Assembly: GCA_000092065.1 (NCBI GenBank) | Contig: CP000601.1 | DNA from: Ostreococcus lucimarinus | Lineage: Eukaryota | Length of the DNA stretch: 64,000 nt | Strand: one strand, 5' to 3' | Shown: positions 1 to 9,878 of the stretch, one piece after another | Layout of the letters: the number at the start of each line of letters is the position of its first letter | How positions within the stretch are numbered: position 1 is the stretch's first letter | Notes under the pieces: model-generated | Told to the model about the DNA's origin: nothing | Seen by the model: the letters and a program-made list of their open reading frames with translations, nothing else | The model's database searches: none | Made by a program: the position numbers and the translations under genes

Positions 1-592
1 TTACGCGTCGCGCGCTCACGAGGACGGCTTGTTTCTGTGGGCCACTGGTATCGTGCTTCCGCCGAGCGCCACGCCTTGGCGAGGAGAAGATTGTGGTGAA
101 TTAATTGTAGACATAGAAGAGGGCGAGAAGTTTGCGCGCGTGCTCGCACGTTGCCAAGAACTCGCGTAGCGCATAGGCAATGTTTGTAGGAGAGCATCGG
201 AAGACGATGCAACGGTGTACGAACCATGTGACCTCATTTTGACGCACGCACGCTCGCTTCACGCTTCAAACCAAATCATGGCTTTTATCGTCAATCAACA
301 CAATCAACGCTTCGCTTACATCGCGCTGATCGTGTTATCTACCCTAGGGCAGTGCGCCGAGTGGTGTAAATACGTTCCCACCGGAGTTTGGGGCGAAGTC
401 GCGCGGTGTCGCGGCTGTTGAGTCCGGCAAGAATTCGTGAGCGCTCGCGCGCATCTCAAGACCATGAGTAGCTTCGAGACGATTCTTTGATGTTCTTTTA
501 ATGTTACTTTCGCACCAGTTGTACCTCGAATTACAAGAAAACAAGAAAGAATGAATATACAAGAAGTGTACAAGAGCGAGGCGGTTCGCGAA

Positions 593-2317
593 CTAATCTC
601 GCGTTCGGAAGCGACGCACAAAATTCGATCCCATCCTTCGAATTCTATGACTGAGACTGAAAGAGCGCGTGCTTAAAACGACTGCGGTAGAATCAGGCGC
701 GTTCACGTCCGTTGAAACCGCAAAGGCGGTGGCAGATCGGTTCACCGTCGTCTCGGCTCGTCCACTGCTGATGAGCTCAACGTTGTTCGCCGCATACTGC
801 CAATCTAATTCGTCCTTGATCGAATCGAGCGCTTCTCGCGAAATATTTGCCGCAGCAAATTTAGATGACAGGCTGTTTGGCGCGCGTTTTGTCGCCGGCG
901 CGGCTGACAGCGCTCTTTTCATGAAGTTAGCGTCGAAATCGAGAACGCTTCTCGGCGCGTTCGCGCGCGGTTCCCCAGACGAACCGAGCGAGACAATCCA
1001 AGGATGCTCTAACATTTCTTCCGGCTTCAATCTCGCGCTCGGGTCGAGAACGAGGCATTTGCGGATGAAATCGGCGCCGTGTTCGCTGACGAATGCAGGG
1101 ATCTTGAACGAACCTTGGAGAATCATATCGTACGCTTGCTGTCGACTCGTCGACTGAAACGGCGGAAACCCGACGACGAGCTCAAACGCCAAAGCGCCGA
1201 TGGCCCATAAATCCACAGCCTTGCCGTACCCAGCGCGATTCAATCGGAGGTATCGTTCTCGAAACTCTTTATCGCAGCGTACAACCTCCGGCGCCATGTA
1301 ATCCGTCGTTCCCAAACGCCCGAGCGGTTTGAACCACTCCAAATGTAACGCAAAGCCGAAATCCGTCAGCTTCGCTCTGCCGTCATCGGTGAGTACGACA
1401 TTTTCAGGCTTGATATCTCGGTGTATGACGTTCATCGCGTGCATGTGCGCGACGGCTTTGATGACCCATTTCATAACTCCCGTCACTGCTCGGCTTTCAC
1501 TAAACTTTCCTCCAACTCGCGCCAAAGCGTTGAAAACGTCGCCCCGGTTGTGAAGCTCGTGTATTAAATAATAGTTCCCAGTCGAAGTGTCGATGAACGA
1601 ACCAAAAAATCCCACGATGGCCGAGTGTTCCATGCTATGATGCACCGCAATTTCGTGCGCAATCTGTTCGTACACGTGCAGTTTCAACTTTGCCTTGATG
1701 TAGCACTTCAGCGCCACTTCAAAGTTCATCCTGCGATAAAACGCCTTGTATACCACGGAATATCGCCCGCGACCGATGACGTTGACGAGCTGAAAATCCT
1801 CCAGGCGAAATCTCCACCCGAACATCGACGCATTCAACACGTCCTCTGGTTTCGCCATTCCCAGCGGGTCGGGATCTGCGTCCCATTCCTCCGGGACCGC
1901 CCCCAACGCGCTCCTAAACGTCCCGCTCTGCGAGCTCGACGCGCTCGTCTCCGACAACCGTCCCGACCTCGTCGCATCGTCGTCCCGGTCGTCGTCCGCA
2001 TCGAGCGAACTCCCTATCCACGTTCCATCCTCTTTTCCATTCGCTCTCAGCTCACTCGGCGTCAACCTCCGACTCGCGCGCGCGTCGCCGATCAGCGTCG
2101 CCGTCCAGGCGAGCTTTGCGCCCTCCGACGCCTCCTGTCCCGCCTGCCCGAGACCCTCGCGAGAGCTCTGCGCTGACGATCGCGCGGATAGCGCGCTCAT
2201 CGGACTCGTCGCGCGGTCGTCCGCGCCCTTTCCCGCGTCCGTCGGCGTCGATTCCGTCGTCGTGTCGAAACTGCGGCGCGGCGTCCGAACGAGCGCGGCG
2301 TCGTCGTCGAGCGACAT
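593..2317 (-). CDS. Ser/Thr protein kinase (Aurora/CAMK-like catalytic domain, low-complexity N-terminus)
   Basis: The glycine loop reads GRGRYSVVYKA and is followed by VALK, HRDIKPENVVL, DFG, APE and DLWAIGALAFELVVGFPPF. The ATG at 2317 was confirmed in the sequence. Confidence 0.75.
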   Translation of the reverse strand: MSLDDDAALVRTPRRSFDTTTESTPTDAGKGADDRATSPMSALSARSSAQSSREGLGQAGQEASEGAKLAWTATLIGDARASRRLTPSELRANGKEDGTWIGSSLDADDDRDDDATRSGRLSETSASSSQSGTFRSALGAVPEEWDADPDPLGMAKPEDVLNASMFGWRFRLEDFQLVNVIGRGRYSVVYKAFYRRMNFEVALKCYIKAKLKLHVYEQIAHEIAVHHSMEHSAIVGFFGSFIDTSTGNYYLIHELHNRGDVFNALARVGGKFSESRAVTGVMKWVIKAVAHMHAMNVIHRDIKPENVVLTDDGRAKLTDFGFALHLEWFKPLGRLGTTDYMAPEVVRCDKEFRERYLRLNRAGYGKAVDLWAIGALAFELVVGFPPFQSTSRQQAYDMILQGSFKIPAFVSEHGADFIRKCLVLDPSARLKPEEMLEHPWIVSLGSSGEPRANAPRSVLDFDANFMKRALSAAPATKRAPNSLSSKFAAANISREALDSIKDELDWQYAANNVELISSGRAETTVNRSATAFAVSTDVNAPDSTAVVLSTRSFSLSHRIRRMGSNFVRRFRTRD

Positions 2318-2491
2318 CGCGCGCGACAGACGCGCGCGAGCGACGCGCGCGAGCGCGTCGCTTCGTCGCGCGCGAGGGGCGCGACGACGGACGCGCGTCT
2401 GCGACTGACGACGCCGGGCGCGCCGCGCCTGTGGAACTGCGCGAGGGACGGGACGGCGAGCGCGTCGCGGCGCGCGTCGTTATTACATCGA

Positions 2492-4603
2492 TCACATCCG
2501 TGATGCGGCGTCGAGAGCTCGAATGGCGTCTCGACTGGCGATGGCATCTTCGATTTCGACCTCGACGTCGACGATGCGGGCGTAGAAGTCGCGGAAGACG
2601 CGGGCGTTTCGCTCGGCTTCCGCCACCGGATCTTCGTTGAGAGGGAAGGTGTCAAAGTAGAGCACGCCGGCGTAGGATATGCGACGTAGCGCGCGGACTA
2701 ATTCCATGGCGGCGTGAGGATGGACGGAGGCGAACATCAAACCGTCTTCGGCGCCGAGACGGGTGTGACCGTCGCCGAGTTGGACGCCGAACAGAGCGTT
2801 TCTCGAAGCCGCCATCGCGATGGACTGGGCTGGATTCTCGCCCGCGGCGAGCGCGTGGCCGACGTCCAGTGTCAGGCCGAAGTTGGGCTCGCCCACGGCG
2901 TCGACGAGTAGGAGTGCGGCACCTGTGGTGGGGATGAAGCTGAAACGGCTCTTTTCGTCCGTCGGCTTGAATTCGACGCTCAACTTGAGCGAGCGACACT
3001 CTTCGCTCGAGGCCACTGCTTTGTAACCGACAATCATGTCCTCCCACGCCGTGGCGTAATCCGCTTGGAGATTGTAATCGTATCCATCGTAGCGAGGCCA
3101 TATGACGACTTCGTCTGCGTCGAGTGCGGTCGCAGTCGCGCACGCCTTGCGTGCCAAAGTCGCCGCGTGTTCGCGAATCACGCCATCGGGATTCGAGAAC
3201 GCGCCCAATCGAAACGGCTCCTCGGGAAATCGCACGCATACGGCGCCAGGGCGCAACTTCGCGGCAAGAATCTTGTCTCGCAATTCCACTGCCGCGAGCT
3301 CGTTGCCGTCTGGTCCGATGAAATGTTCGGGGTAGTTGAGAAACACCGAATGCACGCCCTGAACGCGTCCCATGCGCTTTATGAGGTTGAAGACTTCCGG
3401 AACGTCCGGTTCGGCATCCGTGAATAAGTCTGCGCGAGATTTCATGCTATTCAATCTACTGGCAAATCGAAGTGCCTCGATCGCCGCCTCACTGGACGAC
3501 GAAGACGACGAGATAGGGGACGTTCGGCACGGATCTGAAACGCCAAGAAATTCATCCACGTCGCTCCGAAATGGAAGGCTTGGCATCGCACCCAACTTCG
3601 TCACCGCCAAAGCCCCCGCGGCGCTGGCGAACTTCATGGCGTCGCGCTCGTTTTTATTTTCAGCCATCGCCACCGCGAACGCGGCGCGAAACGCATCACC
3701 AGCCGCGGTGGCGTCCACTTCTTTGGCGCCGGCCGGAAGTTCCATCGATTCGACTCTCGTGACGTCTTCGCCTCTCACGAGCAACGATCCTCGACTCCCC
3801 AGCGTGCACAGAACGGCGACGCGCGACGTTCCTGCGACGATTCTCGCCGCCTTAACGACCGCTTCGTCCCCAGAAGAAACCTCCTCCACGCGCATTCCCG
3901 CCATTCCCGCGAGTTCGCTCTCGTTCGGCGCGACGTAATCCACGAGCGCCAACAACGCCTCATCCGCCGCGTGAAACGAGCCTCCCGCGTCCAGCACGAT
4001 CGTTCGCACACCGATTTCCCTCGCAACCGTCGCCGCTATCACGTTCACGCGTTCCGGCACCTCCCGCTGCAGCATCACCGTCTTCGCGCCTCGCAGCGCC
4101 TCGCGAAACTCGCTCGCCAGCGCCTCGTCGTCCGCGTTCCATCCGAGCGCGTTCGCCCCCCCCACGACCACCGCGCTCGGCGATCCATCGTCCGTCAGCA
4201 TCACGAACCCCATTCCCGTCTCGATTCCGCTCCCTCGCGCCATCGTGACGCTCCCGGACACATCCGTCTCTCGCCGCAGCGCGCGTCGCAGCGTCGTCCC
4301 CGCCTCGTCCTCCCCGAATCGTCCCACGAACGCCGCCTTCCCGCCGCGCTCGCACGTCAATCGCGACGCCGCGACCGCTTGATTCGCTCCCTTCCCTCCG
4401 CACGCGCGCTCGACGCGCGCCGCCGTCGCCGCGCGCGTTTCTCCGCGGCGCGGGACCGATGTTCCGACGCGCGCGATGACGTCGGCGTTCACGCTCCCCA
4501 CGACGGCGATCGACGCGCGGTCGGCGCGCGCGAGCGCGACGCGCGCGAGCGCGGTCAGCGCGGCGCCGAGCGCGAGGCGCCGCGCGCGACGCGCGCGACG
4601 CAT
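2492..4603 (-). CDS. Bifunctional protein: N-terminal pfkB/ribokinase-family sugar kinase fused to a C-terminal xylose-isomerase-like TIM-barrel sugar isomerase
   Basis: The N-terminal half carries pfkB motifs (VGSVNADV, GGKGANQAVAASRL, DTTAAGDAFRAAF). The C-terminal half resembles xylose or L-rhamnose isomerase (SVEFKPTDE...DVGH...VQLGDGH...EDGLMF). It is a single continuous ORF with an ATG at 4603. Confidence 0.65.
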   Translation of the reverse strand: MRRARRARRLALGAALTALARVALARADRASIAVVGSVNADVIARVGTSVPRRGETRAATAARVERACGGKGANQAVAASRLTCERGGKAAFVGRFGEDEAGTTLRRALRRETDVSGSVTMARGSGIETGMGFVMLTDDGSPSAVVVGGANALGWNADDEALASEFREALRGAKTVMLQREVPERVNVIAATVAREIGVRTIVLDAGGSFHAADEALLALVDYVAPNESELAGMAGMRVEEVSSGDEAVVKAARIVAGTSRVAVLCTLGSRGSLLVRGEDVTRVESMELPAGAKEVDATAAGDAFRAAFAVAMAENKNERDAMKFASAAGALAVTKLGAMPSLPFRSDVDEFLGVSDPCRTSPISSSSSSSEAAIEALRFASRLNSMKSRADLFTDAEPDVPEVFNLIKRMGRVQGVHSVFLNYPEHFIGPDGNELAAVELRDKILAAKLRPGAVCVRFPEEPFRLGAFSNPDGVIREHAATLARKACATATALDADEVVIWPRYDGYDYNLQADYATAWEDMIVGYKAVASSEECRSLKLSVEFKPTDEKSRFSFIPTTGAALLLVDAVGEPNFGLTLDVGHALAAGENPAQSIAMAASRNALFGVQLGDGHTRLGAEDGLMFASVHPHAAMELVRALRRISYAGVLYFDTFPLNEDPVAEAERNARVFRDFYARIVDVEVEIEDAIASRDAIRALDAASRM

Positions 4604-4763
4604 CGCGACGACGAATGCGGCGAGCGGATTGGAATGGAATCGAATCGACGCCGCAGAGCGCGGCGTGCGGCGGCTTCGACGACGCTCGAGCGGCGACGAC
4701 GACGAACGCGACGCGACGCGCGGTCGGGCGAGCGACGGGGCGACGGCGAGGACGAGGCGCGCG

Positions 4764-5567
4764 ATGAAGGCGTCGCGAATCGCGGATTTGGAGGCGCGAA
4801 TGCGCGGGCGCGCTTCGCGCGAGACGGCGTCGAGCGCGGCGACGACGACGGCGCGGGACGCGGACGCGGATCCGACGACGTCGTATTACGCGCCGTCGAT
4901 CGGGGAGGACGAGGAGACGTTCGCGGGCGCGCGGGCGACGGCGCGCGAGGAGGCGGCGGCGCGGAGGGCGTACGCGGAGGCGTACGCGCGGCGAATGCTG
5001 GCGACGCGTCGACGAGGGACGAGCGCGGACGCGGAGGACGATTTGCGAGCGAAGCTGAGCGCGGATAAAGCGCTGGTGCTCGTGAATGATTGGGAGAGGG
5101 TGGTGGACGCGGGGGAGGCGCGAGCGCGGGAGCGGGAGAAGCGCTTCGCCGAGGCGCGCAGAGCGATGATGAGCAAAACGCGATTAAAGAGGGAAGGATT
5201 GTACGGATTGAGGCCGGAACAGTGTACGTGGAGCGCGTTTTCGAAATTGCGCGGGCTGTGGGAAAAGTACGCGCGGGCGCTGGTGAAGGACGCGAAGCGC
5301 GGCGAGGCTGAGGCGCGACTGACGCGCGGGCTCGACTTACACGGTTGCGTGCTCAAAGTCGTGCGTCACGCGCGCGCGCCCGATCTCGTCGGTCGCGAAG
5401 GTGTCGTTGCTTTTATCTCGTCGCGATGTCTCTGGCTCGTCGCGCGCAAGCGCGAGAAACCGATCAAAGTGCTCATCGACGGCGGCACGTTTGAGTTTGT
5501 TTTGGACGAGCGCGTCGTGCGTCTTTCGAGCGAGGACGTGTTGGCGTCCGCGCCGCGTCCGTCGTAG
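4764..5567 (+). CDS. POP4: RNase P/MRP protein subunit p29 (Rpp29/POP4)
   Basis: The C-terminal Rpp29 domain reads LDLHGCVLKVVRHARAPDLVGREGVVAFISSRCLWLV...KVLIDGGTFEFVLD. The track ORF begins at 4476, but that upstream part is Arg-rich and overlaps the neighbouring gene. The first internal ATG, at 4764, is the likely start. Confidence 0.5.
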   Translation: MKASRIADLEARMRGRASRETASSAATTTARDADADPTTSYYAPSIGEDEETFAGARATAREEAAARRAYAEAYARRMLATRRRGTSADAEDDLRAKLSADKALVLVNDWERVVDAGEARAREREKRFAEARRAMMSKTRLKREGLYGLRPEQCTWSAFSKLRGLWEKYARALVKDAKRGEAEARLTRGLDLHGCVLKVVRHARAPDLVGREGVVAFISSRCLWLVARKREKPIKVLIDGGTFEFVLDERVVRLSSEDVLASAPRPS

Positions 5568-5680
5568 CGGACAAAGTTTCATGTAAGACCCATTAGTGTT
5601 AGGCGATTCGCATCCCTGGATCACGAAATCCCCAAAGTCGTCCGCGCCGCGTGGCGCGCGCGGCGCCATAACTCGGCGCC

Positions 5681-7024
5681 ATGGCGTCGGCGGCGGATCG
5701 CATCGCCGCACTTCGCGCGAAAGTCGTGAGCGAGCGAGAAAAAGCGCGCGAGACCTCGCAAATCGCGTCCTCGTCCGCGCGGTCGTCCACAGAAGCGGAA
5801 ACGGTCGCGGATGCTTCCATAGATTTTGAACGAAAACTCGCCGAGTTTCGCGCCGACGCCGACGCGAAGCTGCGCGAGGCCGTCGCGCGAGCGGTCGAAA
5901 AAGAACAAGCGAAGACAGCGGCGATCGTGGAAGCGATGAACGAGGGAAGCGGGGCGACGGAAGGCGCGGATGGAGACGATGCGCGGGCACTGCGGCAAAG
6001 GGTGGCGGCGTTGACGGAGCGCGCGAGCGAGGCGGAACGAATGCGGGGGATGGATCTAGCGAGGAATGCGTCGAGGGAGGACGAACACAAGAAAGAGATC
6101 GCGACGTTGAGGAGTGAGCGCGACAAGATGGCGACGGAATTGAAGAAATTGAGGGCACATTTGTTGGCGCTGGAGGACGAAGAGGACGAGGTGGCGGAGG
6201 AACAGGAACGAGAAATAGACGAGGCGAGAGAGGAGGAAAGGCGAGAATACGAACGGCGTTTAAGCGACTTGAAGAAGAACATGAGTGGAAACGATGCCGA
6301 GGTCACGAGGTTGCGGGAGGTGATAAAGGCTCGAGACGAAGAGGTGGAAAATTTACAAAAGGCGCTCGGGGCATATTACGCTGAAATCGAGAGCGCGGAC
6401 GCGCAGCGCATTGAGTCGGCGAATCTACGACAAAAGCTAGCCGCACTCACCTCGCAGGCGACTGCTGATAGAGCAGCATGCATGGAAGCCAAAGAAAAGG
6501 CGAAGGAAGCGGAGGAAAGGTTGACTAAGTTTGAGGCTCACTTGAAAATCGCCAAGGAGGAATGCATCAAGGCCACGAGCGACGCGAGTAAGCTCAGGAA
6601 AGCGCTCCATCACGCCCTTCAAAAGAGCAGCGATATGATGGTAGAGAGTGAGAAATTGTTGGATAAGCGCATAGTGAGCGATTTATTCATCGCTTATCTC
6701 GAACGCGAACGAGCGGAGGACGTGCTCGATTTGCTCGCAAAAATGCTCGGCTTCACCGACAAACAAAAGGCACGGATGGAAGCTCTAAAGAGACGACAGA
6801 AAAAGCGAGGTGTGCTCGGAACGATCGCGCGCGCGCCCGTGAGCATTGCAGCTGGTGCGATAGGCGTCGCACTCGAAGTTACGGGCGCTACGGGCGAGAA
6901 CAAACCAGTACCAGTCGCAGACTTGTGGATTTCGTTTCTCGAGCAAAACGCAGCCAACGACGAAGAAGTAGAGAACAAAATTCCGTCGTCAAGCGAGCTC
7001 ATCTCAGCCGCGCGCGAATTGTAG
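5681..7024 (+). CDS. Long coiled-coil protein with a GRIP-like C-terminal segment (golgin-like)
   Basis: About 400 aa of heptad-rich E/K/R/A sequence. The C-terminus (IVSDLFIAYLERERAEDVLDLLAKMLGFTDKQK) resembles the GRIP domain, with the conserved Tyr present. Confidence 0.45.
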   Translation: MASAADRIAALRAKVVSEREKARETSQIASSSARSSTEAETVADASIDFERKLAEFRADADAKLREAVARAVEKEQAKTAAIVEAMNEGSGATEGADGDDARALRQRVAALTERASEAERMRGMDLARNASREDEHKKEIATLRSERDKMATELKKLRAHLLALEDEEDEVAEEQEREIDEAREEERREYERRLSDLKKNMSGNDAEVTRLREVIKARDEEVENLQKALGAYYAEIESADAQRIESANLRQKLAALTSQATADRAACMEAKEKAKEAEERLTKFEAHLKIAKEECIKATSDASKLRKALHHALQKSSDMMVESEKLLDKRIVSDLFIAYLERERAEDVLDLLAKMLGFTDKQKARMEALKRRQKKRGVLGTIARAPVSIAAGAIGVALEVTGATGENKPVPVADLWISFLEQNAANDEEVENKIPSSSELISAAREL

Positions 7025-7071
7025 AATAGCAATGTTAGGAATAGCAAAGATAGTAAATTACAAGCGCAGCG

Positions 7072-8277
7072 CTAGAGACGCGATTGCGCAACTTGCCACT
7101 GCTTCATCGCCTGTCTAACACCTAAATCGAGCATAATCTCCTCGCTCCCGCCCGGGATCGCATAAGCGCGAACATCGCGGTAGAGCCGCTCGATCTTTTC
7201 ACCTTGACCTCCCCGGACGTAAGAGGCCCCACCAAACACCTGAGCCGCTTCTCTGGCGCAAAATTCAAACACTTTGGTGCTCTGCACTTTGGCCAACGCG
7301 GTGATACCCGCAAGCGCTTTCGAAGATTCTTCCTTCGTCATGGTATTCATTTGATAGGTGATGGTCTCTAGCAAGTAATGCGTCGCCTCGACTTGTCGAA
7401 TCATCTCAGCGAGTTTGTGTCGAATCACTGGGTGCTCGATGAGTTTCTTACCAAACGTTCTTCGACGGTGCGCGTACTTGAACGATTCCTCATAGCACAC
7501 GCGTGCAAACCTATTCGCCTGAATCACAAACCCCCAACGTTCGTGATTGAAGTTGTGCATGATATACTTGAAGCCTTCGTTTTCTTTGCCGATCAAATTC
7601 TCGACTGGCACTTTCACGTCTTCAAAGGTGATGAACGTGGTGCCGCTCGCCCAAACGCCCATGCAGTCCATGCGGCGACAATCCACGCCAGGCATCGAAC
7701 GCTCGATGACTAGGAGCGAAATCCCACCCATGCCCGGCCCACCCGTGCGCACCGCGACGGTGAAATAATCTGCCCAAATCCCATTCGTGATCCATTTCTT
7801 CTCCCCCGTCACTCGATAAAACTTCCCGCTCGGATCCAACTTTGCCTCGCACCGAATGTTCGCCACGTCGCTGCCGGCGTACGGCTCCGTGATCGCCAGA
7901 CATATGATCCCTTCCCCTCGCAAGCACGGAGCTCCTACCCTTCGTCGCAAATCTTCGCTCCCAAAGTTCAAAACTGGTGGCAAACCGATGTGTATGCCCT
8001 CCAGTAGTCCCCAAAGTACGCCGCCGCTCCCGCACCGCGCGAATTCGTCAAAGACGATCAACTCATGAAAGTAATCAAAATGCTCCGGTTCCTCGCACTC
8101 GGGGACCAAATCCTTCGGCCACGGTTTTCCAACCACCGCGGGTAATATCCCAGCCGCGTACGTCGCTCTGTACACTTCTGGAGGTATGGTTTTCGTCTCG
8201 TCCCACTCGTGCACGTACGGCGCGATGTCCCGCTCCACGAACGCTCGCACCTTGTCTCGAAACTTCGCGTGCGACAT
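7072..8277 (-). CDS. Acyl-CoA dehydrogenase family protein
   Basis: ACAD fold motifs are present: GSDVANI, KKWITNG and the C-terminal FGGASYVRGGQGEKIERLYRDVRAYAIPGGSEEIM. The ATG at 8277 was confirmed. Confidence 0.8.
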   Translation of the reverse strand: MSHAKFRDKVRAFVERDIAPYVHEWDETKTIPPEVYRATYAAGILPAVVGKPWPKDLVPECEEPEHFDYFHELIVFDEFARCGSGGVLWGLLEGIHIGLPPVLNFGSEDLRRRVGAPCLRGEGIICLAITEPYAGSDVANIRCEAKLDPSGKFYRVTGEKKWITNGIWADYFTVAVRTGGPGMGGISLLVIERSMPGVDCRRMDCMGVWASGTTFITFEDVKVPVENLIGKENEGFKYIMHNFNHERWGFVIQANRFARVCYEESFKYAHRRRTFGKKLIEHPVIRHKLAEMIRQVEATHYLLETITYQMNTMTKEESSKALAGITALAKVQSTKVFEFCAREAAQVFGGASYVRGGQGEKIERLYRDVRAYAIPGGSEEIMLDLGVRQAMKQWQVAQSRL

Positions 8278-8654
8278 CGTGTAATACGGCGAATTAAACG
8301 TCGTGTACCACGACGGCTGTGATGACCATCGATTCGTACCGTCGTCAGTCCTCCGCGTCGCGTCGTCCGCGCGTCGCGTCGCGTCGATTCATTCGTTCCG
8401 TCGGGTTAGTAACCGTCCTCGGAATTCCATCGATTCGCGGCAGTCTCGTCGCGCGCGTCCGCGTCGTCCGCGCGCCCGATCGCGTCGCGTCGCGTCGCAT
8501 CGCACGCACGTCGCCGAAAGGCACGCCCTCGCCGAACGGCTCGCGCGTCGTCATGATTGAACGATTCGATCGATTGTGCCGTCGGCTTGAAGTGACGCGA
8601 CGCGACGACACACGCCGACGCCGACGCGGACGCGGACGCGAGGCGCGAGCACCG

Positions 8655-9731
8655 ATGGCGAGGCGCGCGCAGTGGCGGTCGTTCGCGCACGCGAAGTGCG
8701 ACGTCGACGACGCCCTCGCGACGACGTTCGCGCTCGCGAAATCGGTCGAGGTGGCGGTGCCGCGAGGACGGCGCGACGACGAGGACGCGATCGCGCGCGC
8801 GCTCGACGACGACGCGAATGCGATCGTCGGGACACATTTCGAGGCGGAGATGTCGATCGCGGACGCGCTGGACCCGCACTTCGTGCACGAACACGTGCGA
8901 CGGTGGACGGCGGCGAAGACGAAGACGCGCGACGCGGGCGCGACGTTTGGGCTGACGACGATCGACGCCGAGGTAGATTCGGACGATTGTTTTTGCGTGA
9001 CGCCGAAGGGACGATTCGTTGCGTCGCTCATGGCGGACGCAAAGGAAAGTTTGGGGATGCAAACGACGGAGGACGCGCGCGGGAAGGCGCTCGCGAGCGT
9101 GAATTTGACGCGAGAAGAGTTCAAGGTGGGGAATTGGTTTCACGATCGAATCGGGGCGTGTGCGCGGGCGTTTGAGCAGCGAACGGGAAAGTCAAAGGTA
9201 TTGTGCGCGTACATGGTGAGTGGTGCGCACGAGGAGGTCAAGTTTCCACGCACAGTGACGGCGGCGAGGCGCGCAGAGAGCGTCAAGACTTCGTCGCAAG
9301 TTCGCGTCAATTTGGTGAGTCAAAGTGCCGTGTTACTCGCGTCTGCGAGTCCACCGATGAGAGGCGAGGAAAAGGACATCGATGTTGATGATTTAGATCG
9401 GATTTTAGAATTTTGTGGGCGCATAAGTCTAGGAGACGCCTACATGGAGGGCGCCGAGGACGACCGAGGCGACATCGTCGAGACGCGTCGCTGGCGAGGT
9501 TTGATGTTGTATCCAGATACTCGACGCGTGATTGATATCGCGCGAAGGATCGTGAACGATGGGCTCGCACCGTGGGCCGTCGTCACTGTTTGGGCTTTCG
9601 CACACATGCCGAGCGAACTCACAGGTGAGCCGAGAAAGAAAATTGAGCGCGACTCATGCGCGCCAAAGATGGGCGCCGTGTTCACCATCGTCTTGTACCC
9701 CGACGACAAGTATTTGAAATTCGTAGCGTAG
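8655..9731 (+). CDS. Hypothetical protein with no recognisable domain
   Basis: The second half of ORF 8319..9731 is non-repetitive, while the first 112 codons are Arg-rich. The internal ATG at 8655 (MARRAQWRSFAHAKCD) is the likely start. Confidence 0.3.
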   Translation: MARRAQWRSFAHAKCDVDDALATTFALAKSVEVAVPRGRRDDEDAIARALDDDANAIVGTHFEAEMSIADALDPHFVHEHVRRWTAAKTKTRDAGATFGLTTIDAEVDSDDCFCVTPKGRFVASLMADAKESLGMQTTEDARGKALASVNLTREEFKVGNWFHDRIGACARAFEQRTGKSKVLCAYMVSGAHEEVKFPRTVTAARRAESVKTSSQVRVNLVSQSAVLLASASPPMRGEEKDIDVDDLDRILEFCGRISLGDAYMEGAEDDRGDIVETRRWRGLMLYPDTRRVIDIARRIVNDGLAPWAVVTVWAFAHMPSELTGEPRKKIERDSCAPKMGAVFTIVLYPDDKYLKFVA

Positions 9732-9878
9732 CGTAGGAAATAGTGTATAGCTTGTGTACTCGTACATATTATTAAAAAGTAGAATCTCGCCAATGTGAAA
9801 TTGTCCAGTGGAAGGTGGTGTGTGGTGTGTGGTACAATTAATCTGTTATCTTGAGACGTATTGAGAAAATTGTGTCCT

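Noticed and set aside
8345-9143. Two ~250-aa minus-strand ORFs antisense to the 8319..9731 gene
   Set aside because: They are Arg-rich, lack motifs, and are antisense to a more complex coding frame.
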